Positions 40,555 through 50,031 are shown, counted from the stretch's first letter. The stretch is DNA of 64,000 nt from an uncultured Clostridium sp. (GCA_947087745.1 CAMUDX010000004.1:307-64306); one strand, 5' to 3'. Program-made: numbers and translations. The notes: generated by a model not told the origin, from the letters alone.

Positions 40555-41898
40555 GTGAAAAAAGTGGCAAAAGAAAAAGTAGAAAATATAAATAAAAGGG
40601 AAAGAATAGATAAAAGGGGAAAAAATAAAAAACAAAAGAAGAAACACAGAGTACTAAAAGCATTCTTAATAATAATATTACTAGTAGCAATAGCAATAGG
40701 AGCATTTGTAGCATACAGTACATGGAAAAATGGATGGGGTATAACAGGAATGATACAAACAGCATTAGGTCATGACCAAGACACAGTTAAAACCATGGAA
40801 GAGTTTAAAGTATTAGTATTAGGAGTAAGCACAGATACATCAGCAGTATTAACAGATACAATAATAGTAGCATCGTATGACCCTAAAACACAAACAGCAT
40901 CAATGTTATCAATACCAAGAGACACATTTATAGGAAAAAATGAGAGTTCAGCCACATCTTATAACAAAATAAATGCGTTATATCAAAAAGACATAAACAA
41001 AATTTTATCAACAGTAAATGATATAACAGGATTAGAAATAGAATACTATGTAGTTGTAGATACAGAAGCATTAATAAAATTAGTAGATACAATAGGAGGA
41101 GTAGAATTCAATGTACCTATAAATATGGACTATGATGACTCAAGCCAAAATTTACACATACATTTAAAAGCAGGACCACAAAAACTAAATGGAGAGAAAT
41201 CAGAAAACTTAGTAAGATTCAGGCATAATAATAATGGAACATCATATCCTGCATCATATGGAGATAATGACTTAGGAAGAATGAGAACACAAAGAGAATT
41301 CATAACACAAGTAATAAAACAAACAATACAATTAAAAAACATCACAAAAATTGGTGAGATAATGGATATAGCATATAAATATGTAAAAACAAATGTAGAC
41401 TTATCTGTTGCGAAAGACTATATACCATATGCTTTAGAATTTAATGTAGAAAATATACAAACAGGAACACTTCCAGGAACACCAACAAAAATTAATGGAT
41501 TATGGTTTTATAAATATGATAAAGCAGAAACAAAAGAATTAGTACAACAATTATTTGAGACAAAGGGAGAAAATCAGGATGACGGGCAAAGTCAAGAGAA
41601 AGATGACACTAAAATAAAAGAAAATGCAAAAATAAAAATAGAACTAATAAATGGAAGTGGAGTAGATAGCACTTTAACAGCAGTAGAAACTATATTAAAA
41701 AAGGAAGGCTATACAATATCTAAAAAAACAACAACAAAAGAAACAAAAAATACAGCAATTATAAACAATACAAAAGTTGAACAAAGTGTTACTGAAGATA
41801 TAAAAGAAGTACTAAATGCAGGAATAATACAAAACAGTAATAACAGTTCAAGCACAGCTGATATAACAATTGTAATAGGAACAAATTACAATAAATAA
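40555..41898 (+). CDS. LytR-CpsA-Psr (LCP) family cell-envelope phosphotransferase with a C-terminal LytR_C-like domain
   Basis: Basic N-terminus and a TM helix. FKVLVLGVSTD...TDTIIVASYDP...MLSIPRDT is the LCP core. The start could be the GTG at 40555 or the one at 40564. Confidence 0.85.
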   Translation: MKKVAKEKVENINKRERIDKRGKNKKQKKKHRVLKAFLIIILLVAIAIGAFVAYSTWKNGWGITGMIQTALGHDQDTVKTMEEFKVLVLGVSTDTSAVLTDTIIVASYDPKTQTASMLSIPRDTFIGKNESSATSYNKINALYQKDINKILSTVNDITGLEIEYYVVVDTEALIKLVDTIGGVEFNVPINMDYDDSSQNLHIHLKAGPQKLNGEKSENLVRFRHNNNGTSYPASYGDNDLGRMRTQREFITQVIKQTIQLKNITKIGEIMDIAYKYVKTNVDLSVAKDYIPYALEFNVENIQTGTLPGTPTKINGLWFYKYDKAETKELVQQLFETKGENQDDGQSQEKDDTKIKENAKIKIELINGSGVDSTLTAVETILKKEGYTISKKTTTKETKNTAIINNTKVEQSVTEDIKEVLNAGIIQNSNNSSSTADITIVIGTNYNK

Positions 41899-41902
41899 AT
41901 AT

Positions 41903-41931
41903 ATATAGCGGTTGTTATACAACCGCTATAT
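41903..41931. terminator. bidirectional terminator between convergent genes
   Basis: ATATAGCGGTTG / CAACCGCTATAT form a perfect 12-bp stem with a 5-nt loop. Confidence 0.6.
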
Positions 41932-41939
41932 AAAAAGTA

Positions 41940-43235
41940 TTAATATTTAATTTCACTATATTTTTTTCTAACTACCTTTTTTTTCTTATTAGAAGGATGT
42001 TTAGAATTCTTACGATTACCATACATAAATTTATAAGCTATATACAATAGTATTAAAGCAACTATTATTTTTAATAAATTCAATATAGTAGAAGAAGGTT
42101 TTATTGAACTCCCAGCTAATAAATTTTGAGTATAGGAAGTACCATCAATTGTATATGTAACTGTACCAACTATGTCATTTGCAGAGATTGGTGCAGATAA
42201 ACCATCTTTTATCTCTATTTTCATATTTGATGATATAGAATTCATATCAAAGGAGCTAGGAACTATGGCATATACTTCATTTTCAAGTATTACATCTAAA
42301 CGATTAGAACCTATTTCAGCGTTTTTTATATTAATAGTATCTAAAACTGAAGATTTTTCAGCAATTTGTATCTTTTTATAATTTTCCATACCAAAATTAA
42401 ATAAATTTGTTGTATCTATAAATCTTGCACCAATGTTATCCGCCGTGTTTTGAGGAGCACCTAAAACAACAGAAATTAACTCTATTCCATTTTCATAATA
42501 TCCAGAAATTAGACAGTGTTTTGCAGGAGTTGTAAATCCTGTTTTTATTCCAGTAACATTTGGATCATAATATGTACTAGATGGAATTAGTAATTCATTG
42601 GTATTTGAAAAATGTCTCTGTTCAGATTTATTAGTAGGAGCTATGGTACAAGATGGCATAGAAACATAATTTCTAAATATTGGATTTTGCATACAATATC
42701 TAGCAATTAAGCACATATCATATGCTGTACTATAATGGTTGGTATCATGTATACCACTTGGATTAGTAAAATTACTATTTTTACATCCAATCTCTTTTGC
42801 CTTTTCATTCATTAATTTAGCGAATTCATTAATTGACCCAGATAGATGTTCAGCTAATATAAATCCAGCTTCATTTGCAGAATGAACAAGAAATACTTGC
42901 AAAAGTTCATCTGCCGTTAAAACTTCTCCTACCTTTATAGAAGCATTTGAATATCCAGATGGTATTGACTTTATTGCACTATAACTAGCTGAAATTTCAT
43001 CTTCAAGATTACACTTTTCTATTACTAATATAGCAGTTAATATTTTTGTAGTGCTAGCTGGGTATTTAGTAACTTCTGCATCTTTTGAATACAAAATTTT
43101 ACCAGTAGAAGCCTCTATTAATATTGCTGCTTGAGAATACAAATTTAGCTTATCTTCATTATATGAGTAACTATAATTATTTATAAAAAACAACAATAAA
43201 ACTAATATACCAATGATAAATCTTTTTAATTTCAT
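41940..43235 (-). CDS. D-alanyl-D-alanine carboxypeptidase (peptidase S11, PBP5-like) with a C-terminal membrane anchor
   Basis: Signal peptide. ASTTK (SxxK), SAN (SxN-like) and KTGFT (KTG) motifs. Confidence 0.88.
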   Translation of the reverse strand: MKLKRFIIGILVLLLFFINNYSYSYNEDKLNLYSQAAILIEASTGKILYSKDAEVTKYPASTTKILTAILVIEKCNLEDEISASYSAIKSIPSGYSNASIKVGEVLTADELLQVFLVHSANEAGFILAEHLSGSINEFAKLMNEKAKEIGCKNSNFTNPSGIHDTNHYSTAYDMCLIARYCMQNPIFRNYVSMPSCTIAPTNKSEQRHFSNTNELLIPSSTYYDPNVTGIKTGFTTPAKHCLISGYYENGIELISVVLGAPQNTADNIGARFIDTTNLFNFGMENYKKIQIAEKSSVLDTINIKNAEIGSNRLDVILENEVYAIVPSSFDMNSISSNMKIEIKDGLSAPISANDIVGTVTYTIDGTSYTQNLLAGSSIKPSSTILNLLKIIVALILLYIAYKFMYGNRKNSKHPSNKKKKVVRKKYSEIKY

Positions 43236-43338
43236 ATATATCTCCTAAATAATATTTTAGTGATTATGTTTATTAAAATAATCTACTTGTCTACTATATA
43301 TTATTTAGAAATAAATTTCAATAAAAAAGGAGGAATTC

Positions 43339-44022
43339 ATGAAGAAAATAAATAAGAAAAATAGTATTATTTTGTTAAGTATTTGTATTTTATTAGGAAT
43401 AATATCGTATGGTATACATTTCTATAATAGTCGTACTTATGAAGAATTTGAAAAGACAGAAAATGTAAAAGAATTAATCCCATATGAAGAAGAAATACAA
43501 AATTCTGACAATACTGAAAAAATAGATAATTCAAATGATGAAGTCATAATAGTACATATAACAGGAGCAGTTAAAAATTGGGGCATTATTGAATTGCCAA
43601 CGAACAGTAGAATAGCAGATGCCATAGAAAAAGCAGGAGGGCTTACAGAAGAAGCTGATATTAGTAATGTAAATTTAGCGTACCAATTAGAAGATGGAAT
43701 GAAAATTAAAATTCCAACTATTAATGAAACTGTAGATAATAAAGAGATTGATAGTATAAAAGATTATATAAGTATGGAAAGTGGAGAGAATGTAACAAGT
43801 TCTAACAAAAATAAGACTACGAGTAAAATAAATATTGTTAATATAAATAGTGCTACACAAACAGAACTAGAGACTCTACCTGGAATTGGTACATCTACTG
43901 CTCTAAAGATTATTAATTACCGTAATGAAAATGGTAAATTTACTAGTATAGAGGATATAAAAAATGTTAGTGGTATAGGAGAAAGCAAGTTTGAGGCTAT
44001 TAAAGAATTAATTTGTATATGA
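43339..44022 (+). CDS. comEA: ComEA-family DNA-binding competence protein (TM anchor, SLBB-like region, C-terminal helix-hairpin-helix)
   Basis: VHITGAVKNWGIIELPTNSRIADAIEKAGG is the SLBB-like part. INSATQTELETLPGIGTSTALKIINYRNENGKFTSIEDIKNVSGIG is the tandem HhH part. Confidence 0.88.
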   Translation: MKKINKKNSIILLSICILLGIISYGIHFYNSRTYEEFEKTENVKELIPYEEEIQNSDNTEKIDNSNDEVIIVHITGAVKNWGIIELPTNSRIADAIEKAGGLTEEADISNVNLAYQLEDGMKIKIPTINETVDNKEIDSIKDYISMESGENVTSSNKNKTTSKINIVNINSATQTELETLPGIGTSTALKIINYRNENGKFTSIEDIKNVSGIGESKFEAIKELICI

Positions 44023-44104
44023 ATATAGAAGTTATTATAAATTATATAAGAAGACTCTAAAAACACAGGAAAGTTAGTTATGTATACAATTTTATCATTA
44101 AAAC

Positions 44105-44133
44105 TTGCTAAATTATGTAAAATGTGCTATAAT
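44105..44133 (+). promoter_or_regulatory. sigmaA-type promoter (TTGCTA-17 bp-TGcTATAAT)
   Basis: Hexamers at 44105-44110 and 44128-44133 with an extended -10 TG. Confidence 0.5.
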
Positions 44134-44203
44134 TAACCTTGAAAGTCTATATTTTATGACTTCGACGTCACATCCACTAAAAAAATATTAGGAGGACAAA
44201 GGA

Positions 44204-44665
44204 ATGACAGGATGGAACAATGTGGTTTACAGAGGAGAGGATACGGAAATCCTGAAAAACGGAACACCTTATGAGGTGGTAGGTATCATTAAAAAAGGTG
44301 AAAATGACGCCGAGTATGCCTTAAAAGGCATACAGGGTAAGTTTGACAGTAGCCTCTTCCAGGCGCCTAAGGGAAAACGGCCAACGTCCACTGGCGTTTT
44401 GAAATGTAGCAATCCGCCGGCTAAGGGGATGATATTGGAAAACCTTGAGGTGATTAACGATAAGGGCAAACTGGAGCCAGTACTGGAAGAAGAGGTAACA
44501 GCTGTTCATGTTATCTGGGGGAATGTGTATGGTGTGCATACCAAAAAGGGAAATGCGTATATAGTAAGACATTGCCCTGATGCAGAATCCAGTACAGTAT
44601 CCAGTGAAGCAATTACCGAGGCAGTTGATGACAATGCGGAGGTCGATGAAAAAACCACAGAGTAA
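44204..44665 (+). CDS. hypothetical protein (153 aa) with atypically high GC and foreign codon usage
   Basis: ORF with RBS AGGAGG. It uses CTG, GCC, CCG, GGC and ACG codons, which are rare elsewhere in the window. Confidence 0.6.
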   Translation: MTGWNNVVYRGEDTEILKNGTPYEVVGIIKKGENDAEYALKGIQGKFDSSLFQAPKGKRPTSTGVLKCSNPPAKGMILENLEVINDKGKLEPVLEEEVTAVHVIWGNVYGVHTKKGNAYIVRHCPDAESSTVSSEAITEAVDDNAEVDEKTTE

Positions 44666-44686
44666 GCTACTGCAGAAGCAGTAGGG

Positions 44687-44729
44687 CTTTCTCCCACAAA
44701 CCTTAATGGTAAGTGGGAGAAAGTTTTTT
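44687..44729 (+). terminator. rho-independent terminator
   Basis: CTTTCTCCCAC / GTGGGAGAAAG form a perfect 11-bp stem, followed by TTTTTT. Confidence 0.7.
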
Positions 44730-44730
44730 A

Positions 44731-45981
44731 TTATATAATATCTTCAAAGTAATTAATATAGTTGCTAAAGAACATATAAAAATAATCACTAATACTTCTT
44801 TTATCTATGGTAAATAAATTATAAAAATCAAGAGAAAATATAATTTTATTATCAACAATTATATCAACATTACCAATTTTAGAATCTTTGTAAAAAGGTG
44901 CATCAAAATTAAATGTTGCTGTGATATCAGTAGAAATGGTATCTATATTTTTATTCACGGGATAATAATCATAAGGCAATTCAGGCAAATACACATCAAT
45001 ATTTGAATTTGAACATTTATCCACATTAAATCTATTCAAATTATTAATCTTCCAATTTTCAAAATCCTTCATAATTGGCTCTTTGATATTCATCATTTTA
45101 AAATTACTAAAAGCATATTCTATAAGCTTTACACTATCTTGAGTTCTAAATTTTTTAGTATCAGCCCCCAAGACAACGCAAATAACATCTAAATCACCTC
45201 GTTTACATGATGAAACCAAACATCTATTAGCACCATTTGTAAAACCTGTTTTAACACCATAAACACCATTTAAATTACCCAATAATTCATTTGTTGAATG
45301 TATATTTTTAGGACTACCATTTATATAAACAGTATAATTCGAAGTGCCAACAAGTCTACAAAATGTTTCATTTTCTAAGGCATAGTTAGTTAATAAAGCA
45401 AGTTCGTATGCAGTAGTATGATGCTCATCATCATCTAAACCATGAGGAGTAACAAAGTGAGTGTTTGATAATCCCAAAAGTTTAGCCTTTTCATTCATTA
45501 AATTTGCGAAATTTTCTACACTACCACCAATATGTTCTGCTAAAGCAATAGCAGCATCGTTACCAGAGCACAACATCAATCCATATAGTAAATCATTCAC
45601 AGTAACTTTGCAATTTGTGGAAAGACCCAACCTAGATCCATGGATTCTAGCAGCTTTACTAGACACAGTTACAATATTTGATAAATTTTTTTCATTTTCT
45701 ATAACTATAATGGCAGTCATTATTTTAGTAGTAGAAGCCATTTTCCTAACATCTAATTCATTTTTACCAAATAAAATTGCACCAGTCGAACGTTCTATAA
45801 CAACAGCAGATCTGCAATTAATATTTGGCAGAGAAGAGACAGAAGAAGAAGTTACAATAGAATTAACATCTACAAAATCATCTATAGGCTCTATATAATC
45901 ATCTGCGAAACAACATGTTGGTAATATGGTTATAAGAGATAATAAAACAATAAAACAAATAATTTTTTTAGAAAAAAACAT
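44731..45981 (-). CDS. D-alanyl-D-alanine carboxypeptidase (peptidase S11), second paralog
   Basis: ASTTK, SGN and KTGFT motifs, with a signal peptide. The ATG at 45981 follows AGGTGA; the GTG at 45990 is an alternative start. Confidence 0.88.
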   Translation of the reverse strand: MFFSKKIICFIVLLSLITILPTCCFADDYIEPIDDFVDVNSIVTSSSVSSLPNINCRSAVVIERSTGAILFGKNELDVRKMASTTKIMTAIIVIENEKNLSNIVTVSSKAARIHGSRLGLSTNCKVTVNDLLYGLMLCSGNDAAIALAEHIGGSVENFANLMNEKAKLLGLSNTHFVTPHGLDDDEHHTTAYELALLTNYALENETFCRLVGTSNYTVYINGSPKNIHSTNELLGNLNGVYGVKTGFTNGANRCLVSSCKRGDLDVICVVLGADTKKFRTQDSVKLIEYAFSNFKMMNIKEPIMKDFENWKINNLNRFNVDKCSNSNIDVYLPELPYDYYPVNKNIDTISTDITATFNFDAPFYKDSKIGNVDIIVDNKIIFSLDFYNLFTIDKRSISDYFYMFFSNYINYFEDII

Positions 45982-46001
45982 AATAGTCACCTGTACAATT
46001 A

Positions 46002-46034
46002 TATGTCATAGGGACGTGTTTTTTGACACACTTT
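46002..46034 (-). promoter_or_regulatory. conserved leader motif, copy 2 (AAAAGTGTGTCAAAAAACACGTCCCTATGACATA on the minus strand), upstream of the dac gene
   Basis: See 27077..27111. It has the same orientation relative to its downstream gene and ends 20 nt before the ATG. Confidence 0.5.
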
Positions 46035-46216
46035 TAATATTTAATTTAAAATTTTTATAACAATGTATTTATACAATGGATTATATAATTCAAAATATAA
46101 AAGATATTTTGAAAACTTAATATTCTTCTGCACTAAAAGAGTATATAGGGATGACGTTCATATTACTAATCCGTAACATTAAAAGATTCGGAAAAAATCA
46201 CATAAACACTTGAAAA

Positions 46217-46266
46217 TGTAATGAAAATGTAATATAATTGTAATGCGTTTGTAATATTAATGTAAC
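46217..46266 (+). promoter_or_regulatory. array of five direct TGTAA(T/C) hexamers with exact 11-bp phasing (fits the WalR/OmpR-family half-site consensus TGTWAH-N5-TGTWAH)
   Basis: TGTAAT at 46217, 46228, 46239 and 46250, and TGTAAC at 46261. The array lies in the divergent intergenic region between the dac gene and the first adhesin gene. Confidence 0.55.
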
Positions 46267-46362
46267 ATTATAAAACGAATAAACTTTACAAGAAAATCAT
46301 AAATAATAAACTCTTATAAAAATAAAGAGCATAAAATAAATACTAATTAAGGAGAAGCGAAA

Positions 46363-49300
46363 ATGAAATTACAAAAATTAATACAAAAATTGATAGCAAG
46401 TTTGCTATTAACAATAATAGTAATTAATAATTTAGAAGGGTTAAAAATTGTAACTGATGCAATAACAATAAATAGTAAAGATGGAGATAACTTGCATCTG
46501 GGATTATCTGCTGTAGGAAATGGCATAGGATATGGAATAGACATGACATCAAGTGGAACTGAAGGGAAATACATATGGAATATAAAATCATATGAGACAG
46601 CTTCAGCAAGTAGTAATTCAGTGGTAACATCTAATTTATATTGTATAAAAGCAGGTTTTGGGTATACATGGGAGAACTTAAAACAACCAAATGCAGTATT
46701 AACATATGACCAATCAACATTTAATGAGAATACAGTAGATGGATATTATAATGAGATATTATGGATAATAGACCATATGTATATTCCACAAGAAGACAAT
46801 AAAGAAAAATTCTTAAAATCTATAGGAATTGAACTATATGAAGATGCAGAGTATAAGTTATATTACTACAATCCAGATTTAACACCAGAATATGATTATA
46901 CAGACTTATCAAGTGGAAACGAATATGCATATACACTAACAGATGATGACATAGTTGCAGTACAACAAGCAGTAATATGGTATTACACAAACTATAAAGT
47001 AAATCCATCAACATATGGAATATATAATAAATTAGGAAAGAACTCATCATGGCTAAAATACACAACAAATGGAACAAATTATTCCGAATTGAGTTCATTA
47101 AATAGAACATCAGGAGAGGGACCAGCAAGGAATGAATTTGCGACTATACTATATAATTACTTAATAGATGCTGCAACAAAAGAAGTAGCAAAAGCAGGAG
47201 GAACATATAAGTTAAAAAATAATACAGTAAAATTATGGACAGCAACAACATATGGAAATCAAGAACAACCAATAATAGAAGTACACAAAAAACAAAAGAT
47301 AGGAGAATATGATTTAATATTAGTAAAAGAAGATGAAAATGGAGAACAATTAAACAGTACAGCAACATTCATAGTAAATGATGTAGAAAAAGTAGTAACA
47401 GGGAAATTAACAGTAGCAAGTAAGGTGCAAATAACAGAAAGTAATTTAAATAGAACAGACACATATATAATAAAAGAAAAAATACCACCAGATGAATACT
47501 GCGAATTTAATGGAATAATAATGGTATCAGTAACAAAGAAAGAGACAGCAGATGGATATGAAGTAGACCAAGTAACATATGTAGTAAGAGATGAAGAGGG
47601 AAATGATATAACCCAAGAAATAGGAGATACAGTAAAAGTATATTTAAAAGATGGAAACATATATGTAAAAGTAAAAAACTACCCAGAAGAGAAAGCATTT
47701 GATTTAGCATTAAGAAAAGTAATAACACAAGTAAAAGATGCAGAAGGAAATATAAAAAGAATAGTAGATGCAAATGGAAACAGTGCTACAAGAAATGTAA
47801 CAGTAGATACAAGTACATTAAACAATGAAGATGACAATAGAAATACAGACACAGCAACATATAGACACAGAAAAGACCCAGTGCTAGTAGAAAAAGGAGA
47901 TAAAGTAAAATACACAATAACAATATACAATGAAGGAGAAGAAGCAGGATATGCAAGAAAAATAGTAGACCAATTACCAGGAACATGGGGAGCAGGACTA
48001 AGACTATTAAGTACAGCAGATGTAACATCAACAACAGGAAATGTATATGCAGTAGAATATAGTACAACAACAAATAAAGTAACATTCACATTAAAAAGTA
48101 CATCACCAAGAGAAATACCAGCATATAATGGAAAAACATTATCAAAAGAAACAATAGAATTAGAATGTGAAGTAATGGCAACAGCAGACAGGTCACAAAA
48201 CATGACATTAACGAATATAGCATATATAGCAGAAGAATACAATAGCAAAACAAATCAAGTAATTACAATAGAAGGAGACAGAGATTCACAGCCATCAAAA
48301 TACCCAACATATAATGGAGAAAATGATATAACACAAGATGGAATAACATATGGGGAAGACATAGGATATAAAGGACATAAGAGTAATTCATCTATTTTAT
48401 CACAAAACGATACATATTATAAAGGAGAAGAAGATGATGATGACTTTGAAAAAGTAGTAATATTACCAGAAGCAAAAGAATTTGATTTAGCATTAAGAAA
48501 ATTCATAACAGAAATAGAAGAAACAGGAGTAAACGAGAACAAGAAACCAAATGAAGAAATAACAAAAACGAAGGTAACAAGTAGAATACCAGAAGTAAGT
48601 TATAACAAAGAAACAAACCAAATAACATACACCCATAGCAAAGCCCCATTAGTAGTACATGTAGGAGACACAGTAATATATACAATAAGAGTATATAATG
48701 AGGGAGATATAGCAGGATATGCAACAGAAATAACAGATGATATACCAGAATATTTAGAATATTTACCAGAGCATGAGACAAATGAAAAATATGAATGGAA
48801 GATGTATGACAAAGAAGGAAAAGAAACGAAAGATGTAAGAAAAGCAGTAAAAATTAAGACAACACATCTAGCAAAAGGAGAAGGAGAAGAAAAAGGAGCG
48901 ATATTAGGAAGTAGCAAATATACAGCAAACTTAATAAAAGCATTTAATCCAAAAGCAGGAATAAGTGGGACAAATCCAGACTATAGAGACATAAAAGTAG
49001 CATTCAAAGTAAAAGACCCATCTTCATCAGAATATGTAATAACGAACTTTGTAGAGATATCAGAAGACAGTGATGAATACGGAGACCCAATAAAAGACAA
49101 AGATTCAATACCAGGAAATGGAGAAGGATATCCAAAAGAAGATGATGAAGACATAGAAAACATAAGAGTAGAATACTTCGATTTAGCATTATTAAAATAT
49201 GTAACAAAAGCAATAGTAACAGAAGAAGGAAAAGAAACAGTAATAGAGACAGGGAATATAGGAGACGAAAATGATATAATACCAAAAGTAGAAATAAACA

Positions 49301-49794
49301 GAAAGAAAATAAAACAAACAGTAGTAAAATTTGCATATACAATAAAAATAACAAACGAAGGAAATATAGCAGGATATGCAACAGAAATAACAGACTATAT
49401 ACCAGAGGGATTAGAATTTAAGAAAGAAGATAATGAAAACTGGGAAGATGAAGGAAACAGAGTAATATCAACAAGACAATTAGAGAAAGTGTTATTACAA
49501 CCAGGACAAAGTGCAGAAGTAGAAGTAGTACTAAGATGGGTAAATGAAGAGAATAATTTAGGATTAAAGAGAAACACAGCAGAAATATCAGAAGACTATA
49601 ATGAAAAAGGAATACCAGATAGAGATTCAACACCAGACAACCAAAAAGAAGGAGAAGATGATATAGACAATGCAGAAGTAATATTATCAATAAAAACAGG
49701 AGGAGAAGTAAACAGAATATACTATAGCTTAGGTATAGTAGTGTTATTAATAATATCAACAGGAATAGTGTTAATAAAGAAATATGTAATATAG
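46363..49794 (+). CDS. surface adhesin paralog A (1143 aa): signal peptide, thioester-domain (TED)-like head, SpaA/CnaB-like domain, DUF11-like repeats and a C-terminal TM anchor
   Basis: LYCIKAG (Cys94) and QQAVIWYYTN (Gln202) resemble the TED motifs [YFL]C-psi-[DNE] and TQxA-psi-W. Four repeated FDLALRK...Y(T/K)I.(I/V)(Y/T)NEG..AGYA..I.D..P modules are followed by D(R/K)DS.P(S/G/D) segments, and three end in (E/D)DD acidic motifs. The C-terminus is hydrophobic. Confidence 0.8.
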   Translation: MKLQKLIQKLIASLLLTIIVINNLEGLKIVTDAITINSKDGDNLHLGLSAVGNGIGYGIDMTSSGTEGKYIWNIKSYETASASSNSVVTSNLYCIKAGFGYTWENLKQPNAVLTYDQSTFNENTVDGYYNEILWIIDHMYIPQEDNKEKFLKSIGIELYEDAEYKLYYYNPDLTPEYDYTDLSSGNEYAYTLTDDDIVAVQQAVIWYYTNYKVNPSTYGIYNKLGKNSSWLKYTTNGTNYSELSSLNRTSGEGPARNEFATILYNYLIDAATKEVAKAGGTYKLKNNTVKLWTATTYGNQEQPIIEVHKKQKIGEYDLILVKEDENGEQLNSTATFIVNDVEKVVTGKLTVASKVQITESNLNRTDTYIIKEKIPPDEYCEFNGIIMVSVTKKETADGYEVDQVTYVVRDEEGNDITQEIGDTVKVYLKDGNIYVKVKNYPEEKAFDLALRKVITQVKDAEGNIKRIVDANGNSATRNVTVDTSTLNNEDDNRNTDTATYRHRKDPVLVEKGDKVKYTITIYNEGEEAGYARKIVDQLPGTWGAGLRLLSTADVTSTTGNVYAVEYSTTTNKVTFTLKSTSPREIPAYNGKTLSKETIELECEVMATADRSQNMTLTNIAYIAEEYNSKTNQVITIEGDRDSQPSKYPTYNGENDITQDGITYGEDIGYKGHKSNSSILSQNDTYYKGEEDDDDFEKVVILPEAKEFDLALRKFITEIEETGVNENKKPNEEITKTKVTSRIPEVSYNKETNQITYTHSKAPLVVHVGDTVIYTIRVYNEGDIAGYATEITDDIPEYLEYLPEHETNEKYEWKMYDKEGKETKDVRKAVKIKTTHLAKGEGEEKGAILGSSKYTANLIKAFNPKAGISGTNPDYRDIKVAFKVKDPSSSEYVITNFVEISEDSDEYGDPIKDKDSIPGNGEGYPKEDDEDIENIRVEYFDLALLKYVTKAIVTEEGKETVIETGNIGDENDIIPKVEINRKKIKQTVVKFAYTIKITNEGNIAGYATEITDYIPEGLEFKKEDNENWEDEGNRVISTRQLEKVLLQPGQSAEVEVVLRWVNEENNLGLKRNTAEISEDYNEKGIPDRDSTPDNQKEGEDDIDNAEVILSIKTGGEVNRIYYSLGIVVLLIISTGIVLIKKYVI

Positions 49795-49857
49795 CATGTG
49801 AGAAACAAATAGTAGATACTAAGAAGTATAAGGACAAATATATATTTTAAAAGTTAA

Positions 49858-49910
49858 AGCTAATTTTCAAGATTACGCAAAAATGCGCACATTTGAAAAT
49901 TAGCTATTTT
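49858..49910 (+). terminator. terminator hairpin after adhesin A (duplicated at 53752..53804)
   Basis: AGCTAATTTTCAA / TTGAAAATTAGCT form a perfect 13-bp stem with a 22-nt loop containing an inner GCGCA/TGCGC stem, followed by ATTTT. Confidence 0.55.
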
Positions 49911-49987
49911 ATTGAATAGAATACAATATAAAATTGTGAATTTAGAACAAAAAGAATGACAGTAATGTATGTATTTTTTAAAATTAA

Positions 49988-50031
49988 CTTATTCTCCAGT
50001 GAGCGGGAATTCCCGCTCACTGGAGAATAAG
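49988..50031. repeat. 44-bp perfect palindrome CTTATTCTCCAGTGAGCGGGAA|TTCCCGCTCACTGGAGAATAAG
   Basis: 22+22 nt with no mismatch. The GC-rich core is AGCGGGAATTCCCGCT. Confidence 0.95.

Noticed and set aside
50005-50014. The palindrome core GGGAATTCCC equals the textbook eukaryotic kappaB site and contains an EcoRI site.
   Set aside because: This is a coincidence with no bacterial meaning. Only the palindromic family itself is reported.
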